Below are positions 39,112 to 50,400 of a DNA stretch of 64,000 bases, one piece after another. The translations under genes and the position numbers were made by a program. This stretch comes from Methanobacteriota archaeon (GTDB lineage Archaea; Thermoplasmatota; Poseidoniia; Poseidoniales; Poseidoniaceae). Position 1 is the first letter of the stretch. Each line of letters starts with the position of its first letter. The stretch lies in NCBI GenBank assembly GCA_002722135.1, contig PBKJ01000027.1:75833-139832 (forward strand), read 5' to 3'. The notes under the pieces were generated by a model that was not told where the DNA came from, searched no databases, and saw only the letters and a program-made list of their open reading frames with translations.

Positions 39112-40647
39112 ATGGGCACCTGCCCACACTGCCGTGCGGTCACGCTGCCCGGCGATGCCGTATGCTACACCTGCGGCCGATTTCTGAAGGGTGAAGGCAA
39201 AGGATACTCCATGCCAAGCGCCCCAAAGCAGCGCGGTGTCGTGGTCGACCAAAAGGGACGCACGCGGAACATCATGAAGCGGCGACGAAACAGGCAGCGT
39301 TCGGTGTTCATGCTGGCCTTCGTGATTTTCGCCTTCCTTTCCCCTCAAGCCAGAGAGGCAGCCTTTGGCACCGTTGACAACCTCGACGAATACCTCGCAC
39401 AACTGCTCGAAGGGCCGCTGATCTATCCACAGGAGGCTTCGTTTGGCGTGCAACGCGATTTTGAGGTTGAAAACCACCTGAACCGACCAGCTTACCTCTT
39501 GGAAACCGTTCGACTTCCGCTCAACCTGACCAGCGCACACGGCATGGAGACGGCCATCGACAGCAGCACACCGTTCGCGTTGCAGATCCCGGAGAGTTTC
39601 GTCGTGACCGTCGATGGCGAAAGTGTGAATGTCCCCTTGGACGGAACCACGGTCGATCGCGACAACGCATGGACCTCAAGCCAAGGGCATGAGGTCTGGT
39701 GGCCCAGTCAGGCGGTCAACGATCAAGAGCATTGTTCCATCACGGCTTGCGTCAAGATTCGTCTCAATATGGATCCTGGCGATGTCGTGCGTTTCACCAC
39801 CGTCGCAAACGTGGCGGTGAAGAGTTACACGTGGTGGGACCATGACCGCGTTGATGCCCGGATCCCTGGTGGTGCAACAGGCATCAACGTGGACCGCTCG
39901 GGGACCTTTGATGACTTAGACGACCGGAGGGACGGTCTTCGCGTCGGCGAATTCACAGACGGCCGTTGGTACGATCTCGGCATCTATGAGAACGGTACCG
40001 ACCGAGGCTATGCCATCGACTCCACGGCTCAGATCGTCCAAGAGACGGCGAACCTCATTTCAATGCGCCTTCCTGAAGGTCGTCAAGACAACGTCTACGC
40101 CTTCGCTCGTGCCGCTTTTGACTGGATGCATGAGAACGTGCCCTACGACGAATACGCCCTGAGCACACCACGTTCAGGTCCAACATGCTTGGCCGATGGT
40201 ACCGGCGACTGCGATGAACAAACCAACGCCTACCTCTCGATCTTGAGGACCAAGGGCATTCCAGGTTGGTTCGTGTTTGGCGCTCTTGTCGACCCTCTGA
40301 GCTTCACGACTTGGGAATTGCACGCATGGGGCTACATCATGCTCCCACTCGACGAAGCGTGGTGCACGGCCAACCTGATCGACGCCAACGACTGCTTTGT
40401 GGAGGCCAGCGTTGACGTCGTCAACAACAAGTGGCTCCTCCACACCACCAACGCCTACGTGGATTGGATGGAGGAACCCGATCCTTCAGGGGATGCCATC
40501 GCCTCCGCCTACCAGAGCACCATCTTCACCGCAGCCAACATCGGCGAGACGCCGATCGAACGAAACATGCTCATCAGCACGGCAGAAGGCGTCCAGTTGG
40601 ACGGCGGCTCCTACAGCGTGAACAAACTCTCCGAAGACCTGAGGTGA
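39112..40647 (+). CDS. Zn-ribbon / single TM / extracellular transglutaminase-like cysteine-protease-fold protein
   Basis: N-terminal CPHC...CYTCG ribbon, basic stretch + TM (VFMLAFVIFAFL), C-terminal GDCDEQTNAYLSILRTKGIP ... ELHAWGYIM (Cys-His-Asp transglutaminase-like core). Confidence 0.5.
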   Translation: MGTCPHCRAVTLPGDAVCYTCGRFLKGEGKGYSMPSAPKQRGVVVDQKGRTRNIMKRRRNRQRSVFMLAFVIFAFLSPQAREAAFGTVDNLDEYLAQLLEGPLIYPQEASFGVQRDFEVENHLNRPAYLLETVRLPLNLTSAHGMETAIDSSTPFALQIPESFVVTVDGESVNVPLDGTTVDRDNAWTSSQGHEVWWPSQAVNDQEHCSITACVKIRLNMDPGDVVRFTTVANVAVKSYTWWDHDRVDARIPGGATGINVDRSGTFDDLDDRRDGLRVGEFTDGRWYDLGIYENGTDRGYAIDSTAQIVQETANLISMRLPEGRQDNVYAFARAAFDWMHENVPYDEYALSTPRSGPTCLADGTGDCDEQTNAYLSILRTKGIPGWFVFGALVDPLSFTTWELHAWGYIMLPLDEAWCTANLIDANDCFVEASVDVVNNKWLLHTTNAYVDWMEEPDPSGDAIASAYQSTIFTAANIGETPIERNMLISTAEGVQLDGGSYSVNKLSEDLR

Positions 40648-40651
40648 TGAG

Positions 40652-42070
40652 ATGCTGGTGGTGATTGCAGGTGCTGGTCGCGTTGGTTTGGGCTTGGCTG
40701 AGGCCCTCATCAAGGAGCAGAAGAACGACGTCGTGCTTCTCGACATGAATTCGAGGGCCGTCAAGAACGCGCAAGCCTTCGACATGCTGGTCCTGCACGG
40801 CGACATGCTCGACCGCCAGGCCTTGATCGAGGCAGGGATTGAGCGTGCGGATGTGTTCATCGCGGCGACCGATAAGGACGACCGCAACGTGCTCGCATGC
40901 GGTTTGGCCAAACACTTGCACGAACATCGCGGCGGAAAGCGTGAGGACCTGTTGACCATTTGCCGCATCCGAGATGAGACCATCCTCGACGAACAGGCTC
41001 ACGGCGGCCTTGCTGCCTGGGCAGAAGTGGATCGGGCCATCGACCCCATCGACGGAGCCATCAGCCGGCTCTCATCCGGCATTCGGGCATCCTCCTTCGC
41101 CGAAGTGATTCCCTTCGACCACGAAGCCTACCTCGTGGAACTCGAAATCACGGAAGACTGTCGCCTCCCCCTGGACGTGCCTTTGGCCGACGTCGAGGTG
41201 GAAGCCGGTTCTCCTGTGCCGCTGCTGATTGGCCTCAAGCGCAAGGGCACGCGGAGCATCGTGCCCTCCGGCACCACGGTGCTTCGACCAGGTGATCGTA
41301 TTGCGGTGGCCACGACGGGCCTCGGCTCATTTGACGACCTGGTCCACACCTTCGGACATGATGTGCGCGCTTTCCCCGCTCAGCCAAAGGTGGTCGTGGT
41401 CGGTGGATCAAGGCTTGGCCTACGCATCGCCGAGCATTGGCTTGATGAGGGCGCACACGTGATGATCGTTGAAGGCGACCTCCAAACCGCGAACGCCATC
41501 TCAGGTCACCGCATCGGCGGACACCCAGAACTCGAAGTCATCCACGGTGATCACGTCTCGCGAGAGACCATGGAAGAGGTGGGCATGGGCGGCATGGACG
41601 TCGCTGTCGGCGCCTTGGACGATGACCACGCCAACATCGCCGCGATGTTGTTTGCCATGGACCTCGGCGTACCCAACACTGGACTGATCCTCAACGACAA
41701 CGACCTCGTCCACGTCGTGCAGCGCATGGGCATCAGCTTCTCTGTGGACATCACCCGCGTGGCCGTCGACGAGTTGTTGACGCTCGTGCACAGGAAACTC
41801 GCTGGGCATTATGCGGTTCTCTCCACGATTCCCAACGTCGTTGGCGTCACCCACGAGGTCACAAAGGCGGCCAAGTTCTGTGGACGACGCATTCGAGAGG
41901 GTGGATTCCCCGACTGGATGCGGATCGCCTTCATTCAGCGCAGCGATTCGCATGGACGCTGGTCGTCGCACGACCCCCACCCCGATGAGACCCTGATCGA
42001 ACACGATCGCTTGATCATCTTCACGTCCCCCGACCATGTCGCCGACGTGGAGAAAAAATTCCGGGTGTGA
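40652..42070 (+). CDS. trkA: K+ uptake regulatory protein TrkA (tandem RCK/NAD-binding domains)
   Basis: Two GxGxxG Rossmann motifs (VIAGAGRVG; VVVGGSRLG) with TrkA_C domains. Confidence 0.8.
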   Translation: MLVVIAGAGRVGLGLAEALIKEQKNDVVLLDMNSRAVKNAQAFDMLVLHGDMLDRQALIEAGIERADVFIAATDKDDRNVLACGLAKHLHEHRGGKREDLLTICRIRDETILDEQAHGGLAAWAEVDRAIDPIDGAISRLSSGIRASSFAEVIPFDHEAYLVELEITEDCRLPLDVPLADVEVEAGSPVPLLIGLKRKGTRSIVPSGTTVLRPGDRIAVATTGLGSFDDLVHTFGHDVRAFPAQPKVVVVGGSRLGLRIAEHWLDEGAHVMIVEGDLQTANAISGHRIGGHPELEVIHGDHVSRETMEEVGMGGMDVAVGALDDDHANIAAMLFAMDLGVPNTGLILNDNDLVHVVQRMGISFSVDITRVAVDELLTLVHRKLAGHYAVLSTIPNVVGVTHEVTKAAKFCGRRIREGGFPDWMRIAFIQRSDSHGRWSSHDPHPDETLIEHDRLIIFTSPDHVADVEKKFRV

Positions 42071-42073
42071 TGC

Positions 42074-43684
42074 ATGCGTTGGGACGTGCTGTACCTCATT
42101 CTTGGTTGGACCGTTGGGGCCCTCACGGTCCCCTTGGCCCTCGTTGGCATCGCCACGGCCTTCCTCGATGACGTGCAGATGGCCCTCATCGCGTTCCTCC
42201 CATCCACGCTGCTCGCGATGGGCTCCAGTTGGCTGATGCTGCGCTACGGCACCACCCCAGAAACCCCGGACCGCTTACGGGACAGGGAAGCCTTCGCCAC
42301 CGTGGCGCTGGCCTATCCGGTCGTGGTGGCGTTTGGCGCCATGCCATTCTGGTTGGGCGGCATGTTTCATGGTCCATTTACCGCTGATGTCACCCTTCTT
42401 GCGGCCATGGAAGGCCTCATCCATTCTGGATTTGAAGCGATGTCAGGATTCACCACAACAGGGACGACCATCATCGACGTGTCCACCTCACCGAATTGCT
42501 TCGCGAACACCGAAGATTGCATCGGCGCCCAGTCGCGTGGGCTTCTGTTGTGGCGATCAACCATGCAGTGGTTGGGAGGCATGGGTGTTATCATGCTCAG
42601 CATGGTGGTCTTGTCACGGGTTTTGGGCGGTGGAATGGCCCTCGCCCGAGCCGAATTGACTGGCCCTTCCCTCTCCCGCCTACGCCCCAAGCTCGCGCAA
42701 ACCGCCCAAGCGTTGTGGATCATGTACCTCGTGCTGACCCTTCTCGAAATTGCGCTGCTCATTGGCCTGACGCCCATGAACACCTTCGAGGCCGTCAATC
42801 ACGGCCTGACCACGATGCCAAGCGGCGGTTTCTCGACCACCGACGACAGCATCGGTCACTGGGACTCCGCTGCTCTGGAATCGATCATCCTGGTGTTCAT
42901 GTTCCTGGCAGGTGTCAACTTCACGCTGCTCTACTTCATCGTCCAGCGGCAACCAGGGAAGATGTGGGCCGATGAGGAATTCAAGACCTACATCGCTTAC
43001 TTGGTCGGAGCCACGGCGATCATCACGGCTGCGCTGTACGTCAAGGGCGGAGACGTGGGAGGCGAGCCCTTGCGGAAATCCCTGTTCCAGGTGGTCGCCA
43101 TCGCGACCTCGACAGGATACGGCACGGCCGATTACATGCTGTGGCCCGTCATTGCACAAATCGTCATTCTGATGTTGATGGTGGTGGGCGCTTCTGCAGG
43201 TTCGACCGCAGGTGGTCTCAAACTGCTGCGCATCAGCCTCGCCGTGAAGGTGGCACGACGCCAATTGAACAGACTCACGCACCCGAGGCGAATCCACACC
43301 GTTCGAATGAACGGCGAGCAGGTTGAACAGGAACAAGTCGAACTGATCGTTGGCATGTTGCTTGTTTGGATTCTCCTCTTTGCCGGTGCCTCCTTGCTTC
43401 TCGCCCTGATCATGGCACCGATGGGCGAGGACCTCGACGTCTTGACCGTCATTGGCGTGACGGCAAGCGCGTTGGGCAACACCGGTCCCGCGATGGGTCA
43501 ATTCGGGCCGGCGGTCACCTGGGCCGCCATGCCAAACGGCGGGCTGATTTTGACGGGGATTTTGATGTGGTTCGGCCGTCTTGAACTCTTGACGGCTGTC
43601 ATCCTCTTTTCGCCATCCACGTGGCGGGAGCCGGGCGCGAGAAAGAAGGACGCCGACGAAGAGGATCAGAACAGCGTGGTCTGA
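42074..43684 (+). CDS. trkH: K+ transporter TrkH/KtrB family
   Basis: 536 aa, repeated M-P-M pore modules with GxG selectivity-filter-like glycines; directly downstream of trkA. Confidence 0.8.
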   Translation: MRWDVLYLILGWTVGALTVPLALVGIATAFLDDVQMALIAFLPSTLLAMGSSWLMLRYGTTPETPDRLRDREAFATVALAYPVVVAFGAMPFWLGGMFHGPFTADVTLLAAMEGLIHSGFEAMSGFTTTGTTIIDVSTSPNCFANTEDCIGAQSRGLLLWRSTMQWLGGMGVIMLSMVVLSRVLGGGMALARAELTGPSLSRLRPKLAQTAQALWIMYLVLTLLEIALLIGLTPMNTFEAVNHGLTTMPSGGFSTTDDSIGHWDSAALESIILVFMFLAGVNFTLLYFIVQRQPGKMWADEEFKTYIAYLVGATAIITAALYVKGGDVGGEPLRKSLFQVVAIATSTGYGTADYMLWPVIAQIVILMLMVVGASAGSTAGGLKLLRISLAVKVARRQLNRLTHPRRIHTVRMNGEQVEQEQVELIVGMLLVWILLFAGASLLLALIMAPMGEDLDVLTVIGVTASALGNTGPAMGQFGPAVTWAAMPNGGLILTGILMWFGRLELLTAVILFSPSTWREPGARKKDADEEDQNSVV

Positions 43685-45195
43685 CCGGCCGCAGGCGAGG
43701 CCGCTGAATCGTCCTCTGCATCGTCGCCCACGGGCGCTTCAACCACCGCAGCAGGTGCAGCAGGGGCATCCTGTTCGGATTCACGCTGAAGGCGCTCGCT
43801 GAGCACCTCATCATAACGGAGCATGAGGTCCTTGGCCGAGCGACGGCTGGTGGCAAGGCCCGTCAGCGCAACGTGTTCGTTGGAGGTCAGCCCGAGCCCG
43901 ATGGACATGTCGAGGTGCTCATGGTCGCCCATGCCCCCCTCTGCGCTGAGACCGGCGGAGAGGATCGGGAGGAGTTCGGCCCTCATGCCCACCACGCTCG
44001 CCCCGCAAGCATCACCCAGGGCTTCCGCCACGGAGGCCGTCCTGCTCGCCGTGCGGCGGAGGTGCGCAGGGTAATTCGTGTAGACCTTCTTCTGAACAGG
44101 CTCCGAATTGGCCACCGAGGCTGCCAAACTGCTGAGGTGAAGGGACCAGTAGGACGAACGATGCGCGGTGCTGAGGTAGCGGGAGGCTGCGGCGCGATCC
44201 GCGAGGATCAGGCTTGTCGCAGCACGGTCACGCGATGTTGCTTGCGTGAAGACGGACCCGTTGTTCCAGTGGACCCAGTCCACCAACTCAGCGGGATCCT
44301 TGTCGAGGCTCGATGCATGACGGACGGCCTCCTCAGCCGTTCGTGACTGGTACACGGAGCCGAGTCCGGGGAAGACCCCCATGGTCAAATCACGACCACC
44401 GCTCTGAATACGTCCCATGACGACCTCAGCCGTGAGCACGCGGTCAAATCCTTCACACAGCACTTGGAGGTCACGCACCAAGGCCCGCAGGTCACCCGGA
44501 TTGTGTTTGACGAGCAGGTCCAGGGCATCACCGTCGAAGGTCACGCCTTCTTCACGCAGCACACGACGCGCAATACGACGGATGGCATCGTTGGACACCC
44601 GGTCGAAGTTGAGCGTCAACACGTGCCGAGAAAAACGGTCACGGGTGGAGCGCCAGTTGGATCCTGAGCCCCACAGACGCATCACGTCGTTGCAGGCCAG
44701 CACAACGGGCTGACTGGTTTTCTCCAACAAGCGCAGCAGTTCTGCTTTTCCACCCGAGTCCCCTTTCAACGCCTCCTTGTCCTCGTCGTCCATCAATTGT
44801 CCTCGGACGCGCGCGTCGCTGACGGCGCGTAACCCGCCCGAGAGGTGGTCCACTTCATCGAGAAGAATGAGGGTGCGCTGGGCGGGTTCGTTTGGGTCGT
44901 GAAAGAGCGAACGGTGGGTTGCACCGTGCGTGGCCGCCCTCCGGATTGCAGCTGCGTTGCGGTCGTCGGAGGCGTTGAGCTCAATGACGCTCCACCCCAT
45001 GTCCGCCGCAACCGCACGGACGACGGACGTTTTGCCCACCCCCGGCGGTCCAACCAGGAGCACGCCGGGCCGCTTTGGACGTCCGGTCCGCCATTCCTCG
45101 AGCCACTCGCGGAGCTTGCTTCGCTGCGCATCGTTGCCCTCGAGTTGGCGTTCGGACGACGGGCGATGCCGCTCCGTCCAATCGCTCACGGGCAT
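43666..45195 (-). CDS. rfcL: Replication factor C large subunit
   Basis: WTERHRP... N-terminal box, Walker A GPPGVGKT, DEVD Walker B, SRC-like and sensor motifs; start set to the internal ATG (MPVSDW); 19-nt convergent overlap with trkH. Confidence 0.75.
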   Translation of the reverse strand: MPVSDWTERHRPSSERQLEGNDAQRSKLREWLEEWRTGRPKRPGVLLVGPPGVGKTSVVRAVAADMGWSVIELNASDDRNAAAIRRAATHGATHRSLFHDPNEPAQRTLILLDEVDHLSGGLRAVSDARVRGQLMDDEDKEALKGDSGGKAELLRLLEKTSQPVVLACNDVMRLWGSGSNWRSTRDRFSRHVLTLNFDRVSNDAIRRIARRVLREEGVTFDGDALDLLVKHNPGDLRALVRDLQVLCEGFDRVLTAEVVMGRIQSGGRDLTMGVFPGLGSVYQSRTAEEAVRHASSLDKDPAELVDWVHWNNGSVFTQATSRDRAATSLILADRAAASRYLSTAHRSSYWSLHLSSLAASVANSEPVQKKVYTNYPAHLRRTASRTASVAEALGDACGASVVGMRAELLPILSAGLSAEGGMGDHEHLDMSIGLGLTSNEHVALTGLATSRRSAKDLMLRYDEVLSERLQRESEQDAPAAPAAVVEAPVGDDAEDDSAASPAAGQTTLF

Positions 45196-45235
45196 AACGC
45201 CCTCTCGGTTACGACGGTGTATCAACCCGCCGTCA

Positions 45236-46933
45236 TCAGGGAGCAGCGAGACGTCGAACCGCGTCATCAACGGACATACGCGTTTGTTCTCCCGTGTCCC
45301 GATCGCGCCAAGTGACCGTGCCGTCTTCGAGCGACGTATGGTCCACGGTCAAGCAACACGGCACCCCGATTTCGTCCGCTCTTGCGTACCTGCGGCCGAT
45401 GGAACCGCTTCCGTCGTAACTGGCCAGAACGCCACGCGTCCCGCACAGGCGGCGGTGAACCTCTGAAGCCATGGTATCCATGCCCTCCTTCTCAAACAAG
45501 GGCAAAACGGCAGCATCGACGGGTGCAACATCAGGGTGGAGGCGCATGCGGACGTACATCTCCTCGCCCGAGCCAGATTCTTCGTAGGCGTGGTCCAGCA
45601 GGTGCCAAATGATGCGGTCGATGCCAAAAGCCGGTTCGACAACGTGTGGAATGAACCACTCGCCAGCCACCGTTTCGGTGCGCTGGACTCGCTTGACGTG
45701 CTCCTCCTCAACGAGGACCTCCTCACCGCCGTCGAGCACGACGGTCAGCGGGAAACTCGCCTCCGGCCCAAGTGCTTCCACCTTGGATTTGACTTGACCC
45801 GCGAGGGCTCGGAAGGCTGGACCGGCCTTCGCGCCGTCGATGGTCCATCCGTTGATTTCCACCACCTTCGGCTCAGGGTAATTCCTCCAAGCCCGCAGGC
45901 GTTGACCCGTGGCCTTCTCATGGGCTTCGAGGTCATAGCAGCCTCGATGGGCGATACCAACGCACTCGATCCACCCGTAGGAACCGTGGAGTTCGACGTC
46001 CCAGCAGTCCAGCGCGTAATGCGCCATCTCATCGCGCGCGTGCTGCCTGAATCGAAGTTTCTCGGCATCAACGCCAAGCGCCAGCATCAGGTCATGGGTG
46101 CGCGCCATGAACCATGCCACGGTCGGGTGGAGGATGACGCCCTGGGCGAGTGCAGTTGGGATTGAGGCAGCGAAGGCGTCGCCTTCGGCCGGGACCAACT
46201 GGACCTCCGTCGAGGCCCACGGGCTCAGATCATGCGGCGCCTCCGTTTCAGGATCAATGAAGTATTCCAACTCGGCCATGTTGAATTCGCGGAGGCGAAT
46301 CATCCCTTGCCGTGGTGAAATTTCATTCCGATAACCACGACCAAGTTGCATGGCACCAAAGGGCAAGCGCTCACGGAAGTGCCTGTAGATGGCAGGGTAG
46401 GTCGTGAACATGCCTTGGGCCGTTTCTGGGCGCAAAAAGGCAGCACGGCCAGACGAACCAGCGCCGATGACCGTGTCGAACATCAGGTTCTCAGCCGCCA
46501 CCGGGGACCACGATGCTTCGCCGCAGGCCGGACACGGAGGTTGTACGTCGTCGAGCAGGGCTTGCAGGTCGCTCAACGACAGGGCATCGGGATTTGCGTG
46601 GTGGGCTTCAAGCAGCGTGTCCGCCCTGCTCGCTTCGTCGCACGCGGTGCACACGGTCATGAAATCACTGAACTCAGCCACGTGCCCACTCGCTTCCAGG
46701 ACGGCGAATGGCGTGACCGTAGGGCACGAAATTTCGACCACATCGCCTTGGCTGAGCCAGTGATCCCGCCAGACGGATTGCACCTTGGAGCGAAGCCGGC
46801 CACCGACCGGTCCGAAATCGTAGAGCCCTTTGGCACCCCCATGGATCTCAAAGGCAGGAAGGATGATGCCACGACGGCGCAGCATACCGGTCAGACGTTC
46901 CAACCGCTCAACGGAGGCCTGAGGCTCCACCAT
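45236..46933 (-). CDS. glyS: Glycyl-tRNA synthetase (archaeal/eukaryotic alpha2 type)
   Basis: 565 aa, class II motifs, insertion domains and C-terminal anticodon-binding domain. Confidence 0.85.
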   Translation of the reverse strand: MVEPQASVERLERLTGMLRRRGIILPAFEIHGGAKGLYDFGPVGGRLRSKVQSVWRDHWLSQGDVVEISCPTVTPFAVLEASGHVAEFSDFMTVCTACDEASRADTLLEAHHANPDALSLSDLQALLDDVQPPCPACGEASWSPVAAENLMFDTVIGAGSSGRAAFLRPETAQGMFTTYPAIYRHFRERLPFGAMQLGRGYRNEISPRQGMIRLREFNMAELEYFIDPETEAPHDLSPWASTEVQLVPAEGDAFAASIPTALAQGVILHPTVAWFMARTHDLMLALGVDAEKLRFRQHARDEMAHYALDCWDVELHGSYGWIECVGIAHRGCYDLEAHEKATGQRLRAWRNYPEPKVVEINGWTIDGAKAGPAFRALAGQVKSKVEALGPEASFPLTVVLDGGEEVLVEEEHVKRVQRTETVAGEWFIPHVVEPAFGIDRIIWHLLDHAYEESGSGEEMYVRMRLHPDVAPVDAAVLPLFEKEGMDTMASEVHRRLCGTRGVLASYDGSGSIGRRYARADEIGVPCCLTVDHTSLEDGTVTWRDRDTGEQTRMSVDDAVRRLAAP

Positions 46934-47022
46934 GATGCTTCGCTCCTTCTCAAGCCCTTCAACCCCTCGGCCAAATTTGGCGCGTGGGCAGGACTCAAAA
47001 GGTCGGAGCGGGCCCTCCGGGC

Positions 47023-47337
47023 ATGGGACAGGCCATGGTGGGCATCACCGATTCGGCCTGCACAGGTTGCGACCTGTGCATCCCCTTCTGCCCCTTCGAG
47101 GCCTTGTTGCCCTTGGTGGAAAATCCCGTTGAACGCAGCCATCCAAAACGTCCTGTGGTCGTGGTTGAAGCTGCATGCGTGGGCTGCTTGTCGTGCATCG
47201 GTTCCTGTCCAACCGGTGCACTGCACGAAGTTGCGCTTCCTCCCAGCAACGAAGCATCACCGTTGCTCGACCCACCGAAGGCCCCCGCCACGACCCCCGT
47301 CCTCCGTTGGGGACCCCGTGGCATCGGCTGGCCTTGA
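47023..47337 (+). CDS. 2x[4Fe-4S] ferredoxin
   Basis: CTGCDLCIPFCP and CVGCLSCIGSCP clusters; track ORF begins at 46984 (GTG), internal ATG at 47023. Confidence 0.65.
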   Translation: MGQAMVGITDSACTGCDLCIPFCPFEALLPLVENPVERSHPKRPVVVVEAACVGCLSCIGSCPTGALHEVALPPSNEASPLLDPPKAPATTPVLRWGPRGIGWP

Positions 47338-47355
47338 GCGTGCACACGGACGCCG

Positions 47356-47366
47356 TGTTTATATAC
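47356..47366 (+). promoter_or_regulatory. TATA box (TTTATATA) ~45 nt upstream of the lhr ATG
   Basis: Canonical archaeal TATA sequence in GC-rich context in the 72-nt spacer between ferredoxin and lhr. Confidence 0.45.
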
Positions 47367-47408
47367 TGAAGATGGCGGAGGCCACGCCACGGGCGTCGTG
47401 AGAAAAAC

Positions 47409-50400
47409 ATGCCAGAAATCACCTACCTCGAAACCTCCGATGATACGGAGGCCTTGGCGGCCCGCTTGAGCGAGCCTGTGCGACGGTGGTTCCTCGACAA
47501 GTTTCCCGACTTCACTGCCCCTCAGAAGATGGCCATCCCCGCCATCATGAACGGGGAACACCTGCTCCTGTGCAGCCCAACGGGGTCAGGAAAAACGCTG
47601 ACGGCTTTCCTCACGGTCATCGATGACTTGGTGCGTAAAGCGCTCGACGGCTCACTCAAGGACCAGGTGTACTGCATTTACATTTCACCGATCAAAGCCT
47701 TGGCGAATGACATCGAGCGGAACCTCCTCGGTCCGCTTGAAGAAATCAAGGCGCGCTATTTGCCGGACCGGGCCAAAGAAATCCGCGTGGGACTGCGGAC
47801 CGGCGACACCTCACAATCGGACCGCCAGAAGATGCTGAGGAAACCACCGCACATCCTCATCACCACCCCTGAAAGCATGGCCATCGCCGTCGGCTCCTCG
47901 AGGTTCCAACCCATCGTCTCGCGCGTCAAGTGGATGATCATCGACGAGCTGCACAGCCTGGTCCCAACCAAGCGTGGGGTGCACCTCAGCCTTACCTTGT
48001 CCTTCCTCGACACGCTGCTGAAGGACCCGGTTCAGCGCATCGGCATTTCCGCGACCATGGAACCCTTGGACACCGTGGCCGAATATTTGGTGGCCAGCGA
48101 TGACCGTGAATCCCGCGGAGAAGATCAGCGCATCATGGTCGCCAAAATTTCTGGCTCGAGGGAACTCGATCTGGACATCCTCATCACGCATCCCCGCTTT
48201 GCGGACCGCTCCGTGGCCCAGACCTTGGAGGCCAACGTGGAAGCCATCGCGGACCTGATCTCCGCCCACACCACCACACTGGTCTTCGCCAACACGAGGA
48301 AAATGACCGAGACGCTCGTCCAACGCCTCCGCCCCTTCTTGGGTGAACTCGTGGCTGGACATCACGGCTCGATGGACAAGAACATCCGGCTGGAGGTTGA
48401 ACGGAAACTGAAACTCGGCCATCTGCGGGCCGTGGTGACCTCGTCCTCTCTCGAGATGGGCATCGACATCGGTTCGGTTGATCTCGTCATCCAAGTCGGC
48501 TCCCCAGGCGACATCGCCACCGCCCTCCAGCGCATTGGCCGCGCGGGCCACCATGTTGGTGGCATCCCCCGTGCACGTTTCCTGCCGTCCTCCGTGGACG
48601 ACTTGCTCGAACTTGCCGCCCTCCAAGCGGCGATTCAAACGGGCGACATGGACCGCCTGTCTTTCCCACAAAACTGCCTTGACGTCGTCGCGCAGTTCCT
48701 CATTGGTTTGGTCATCAACGAGGAGCTTGACATCGACGAGGCCTACGAGATTGTCGTCAACGCATGGAGCTACAGGAATTTCGCGTACGACGATTTCATC
48801 GAAGTGCTGGACCTGTTGGAAGACGAGCGAAGAATCTGGGTCGACTGGGAAGAGAACACCTTCGGAAAGCGCGGATACTCCCGCATGATCTACTACACCA
48901 ACATCGGAACCATCGCACCGGACAACTCCTACCTTGTGTTCAACGCCGAGGGATCCATCCTCGGAAAGTTGTCCTCCTCCTTCGTGGCCAGCTTACGGAC
49001 CAGCGACGTCATTCTCCTCGGTGGCTCGACCTACCGCGTCAACACCATCCAAGGCACGCGTGTCAACGTCAGCAACGTCACGGGATACCGTCCGACCGTG
49101 CCCTCCTGGTCCGGTGAAGCGCGTTCCCGCTCGGCCGAATTGTCCTCGTCCTTGCTGGATTTGATCGGCCGGTGTGCGGTTGCGCTACGACGTGAAGTCG
49201 ACCCGCGCACGGTGCTCACTGAGGCCTATTCCATCGGTCGCGATTCGGCGGAAATCATCGCGCGCCACCTTGAAGAACACGTCCTCACGACTTTCCAAGT
49301 CCCCGACAAGGACCGTATCCTTGTTGAGCAAATCATCGGCGGCCCGCATCCGACCTACCTCATCACGACCTGCAGAGGACGCGGGTTCAACACGGCGCTT
49401 GGCTACTTCATGGCGGGACTGGCCGAGCAAGCCAGCATCCCGGTCATCGAGATGTCCTTCGATGAAAACGGACTGCTCCTCAAAACGGCCCAAGACGTGG
49501 ATCCAGGTGCGATGTACGAGGCCTTCTCGGCGGACAACCACATGGACGTCATCGAGCGGTACATCATCGGCACGCAAATTTTCGCCAAGCGATTCAGGGA
49601 AGTTGCCGGACGCAGCCTCATCATCCCCAAGCGGATTGGTGCGGAGGAAATCAGCCCGCAACAATTCCAGCAGCGCGCGGATGCTCTCCTCAATCGGCAC
49701 AGAACCATGGAGGGGTCCATCCTCATCCGTGAAGCAAAGAACGAGATCCTCTACGGCGACATCGACCTCGGAGGTCTGGAACAATTCCTGACCTCATGCC
49801 GCGAGGGACAGGCACGGATTGTTCACATCAGGACGACCTTGCCCAGCCGCATTGGCATGTCGCTGTACATGTCCGCGTTCGAGGACCTGATGTCCATGCG
49901 CACGAGGGCCTTCCTCGTCAAGGACATCGACCCGGCCATCCTCGAGCGCTTGCTCGGGAGGCGCTCTCTGGCCACGGAGATGACCAACGAGCAAATCAGT
50001 GACTATTACGCCAACAAAGTCCCAGTCCCTGTGGACGCGGACACCCTGTTGGCGCTTATGGAACACGGTGGTGGCCTCGACCGATCGTTCGGAAATCCAC
50101 TCTATAGAGAGAAACTCAGCGGCATTGACCACGAAGTAATCCGCGGTTGGGTCGAGGAATTGTGCACCGCAGGGCGAATCACGAAAATCGAAGCAACCGG
50201 CATGGAGGAACTCGACGGCAAGTGGTTCAGCACCTACATGGGCGAAATCCACGGCACCCTCGGGTGCCTTGCCGCCAACGGCGGACGGGACGTGGAAGAC
50301 CTCCTCACGCTGCACACCGCAGGGGTGACCTACCGCATGGCCTCCGCCTTCAGCGGAACAAAAGTCACGTCGTGGACGGACATGGAATTGGGCGACCCCC

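Noticed and set aside
47371-47400. 9-codon upstream ORF (MAEATPRAS) and GGAGG motif between the TATA box and the lhr ATG
   Set aside because: The GGAGG is ~29 nt upstream of the ATG, too far for a Shine-Dalgarno. The tiny uORF has no support beyond chance occurrence.
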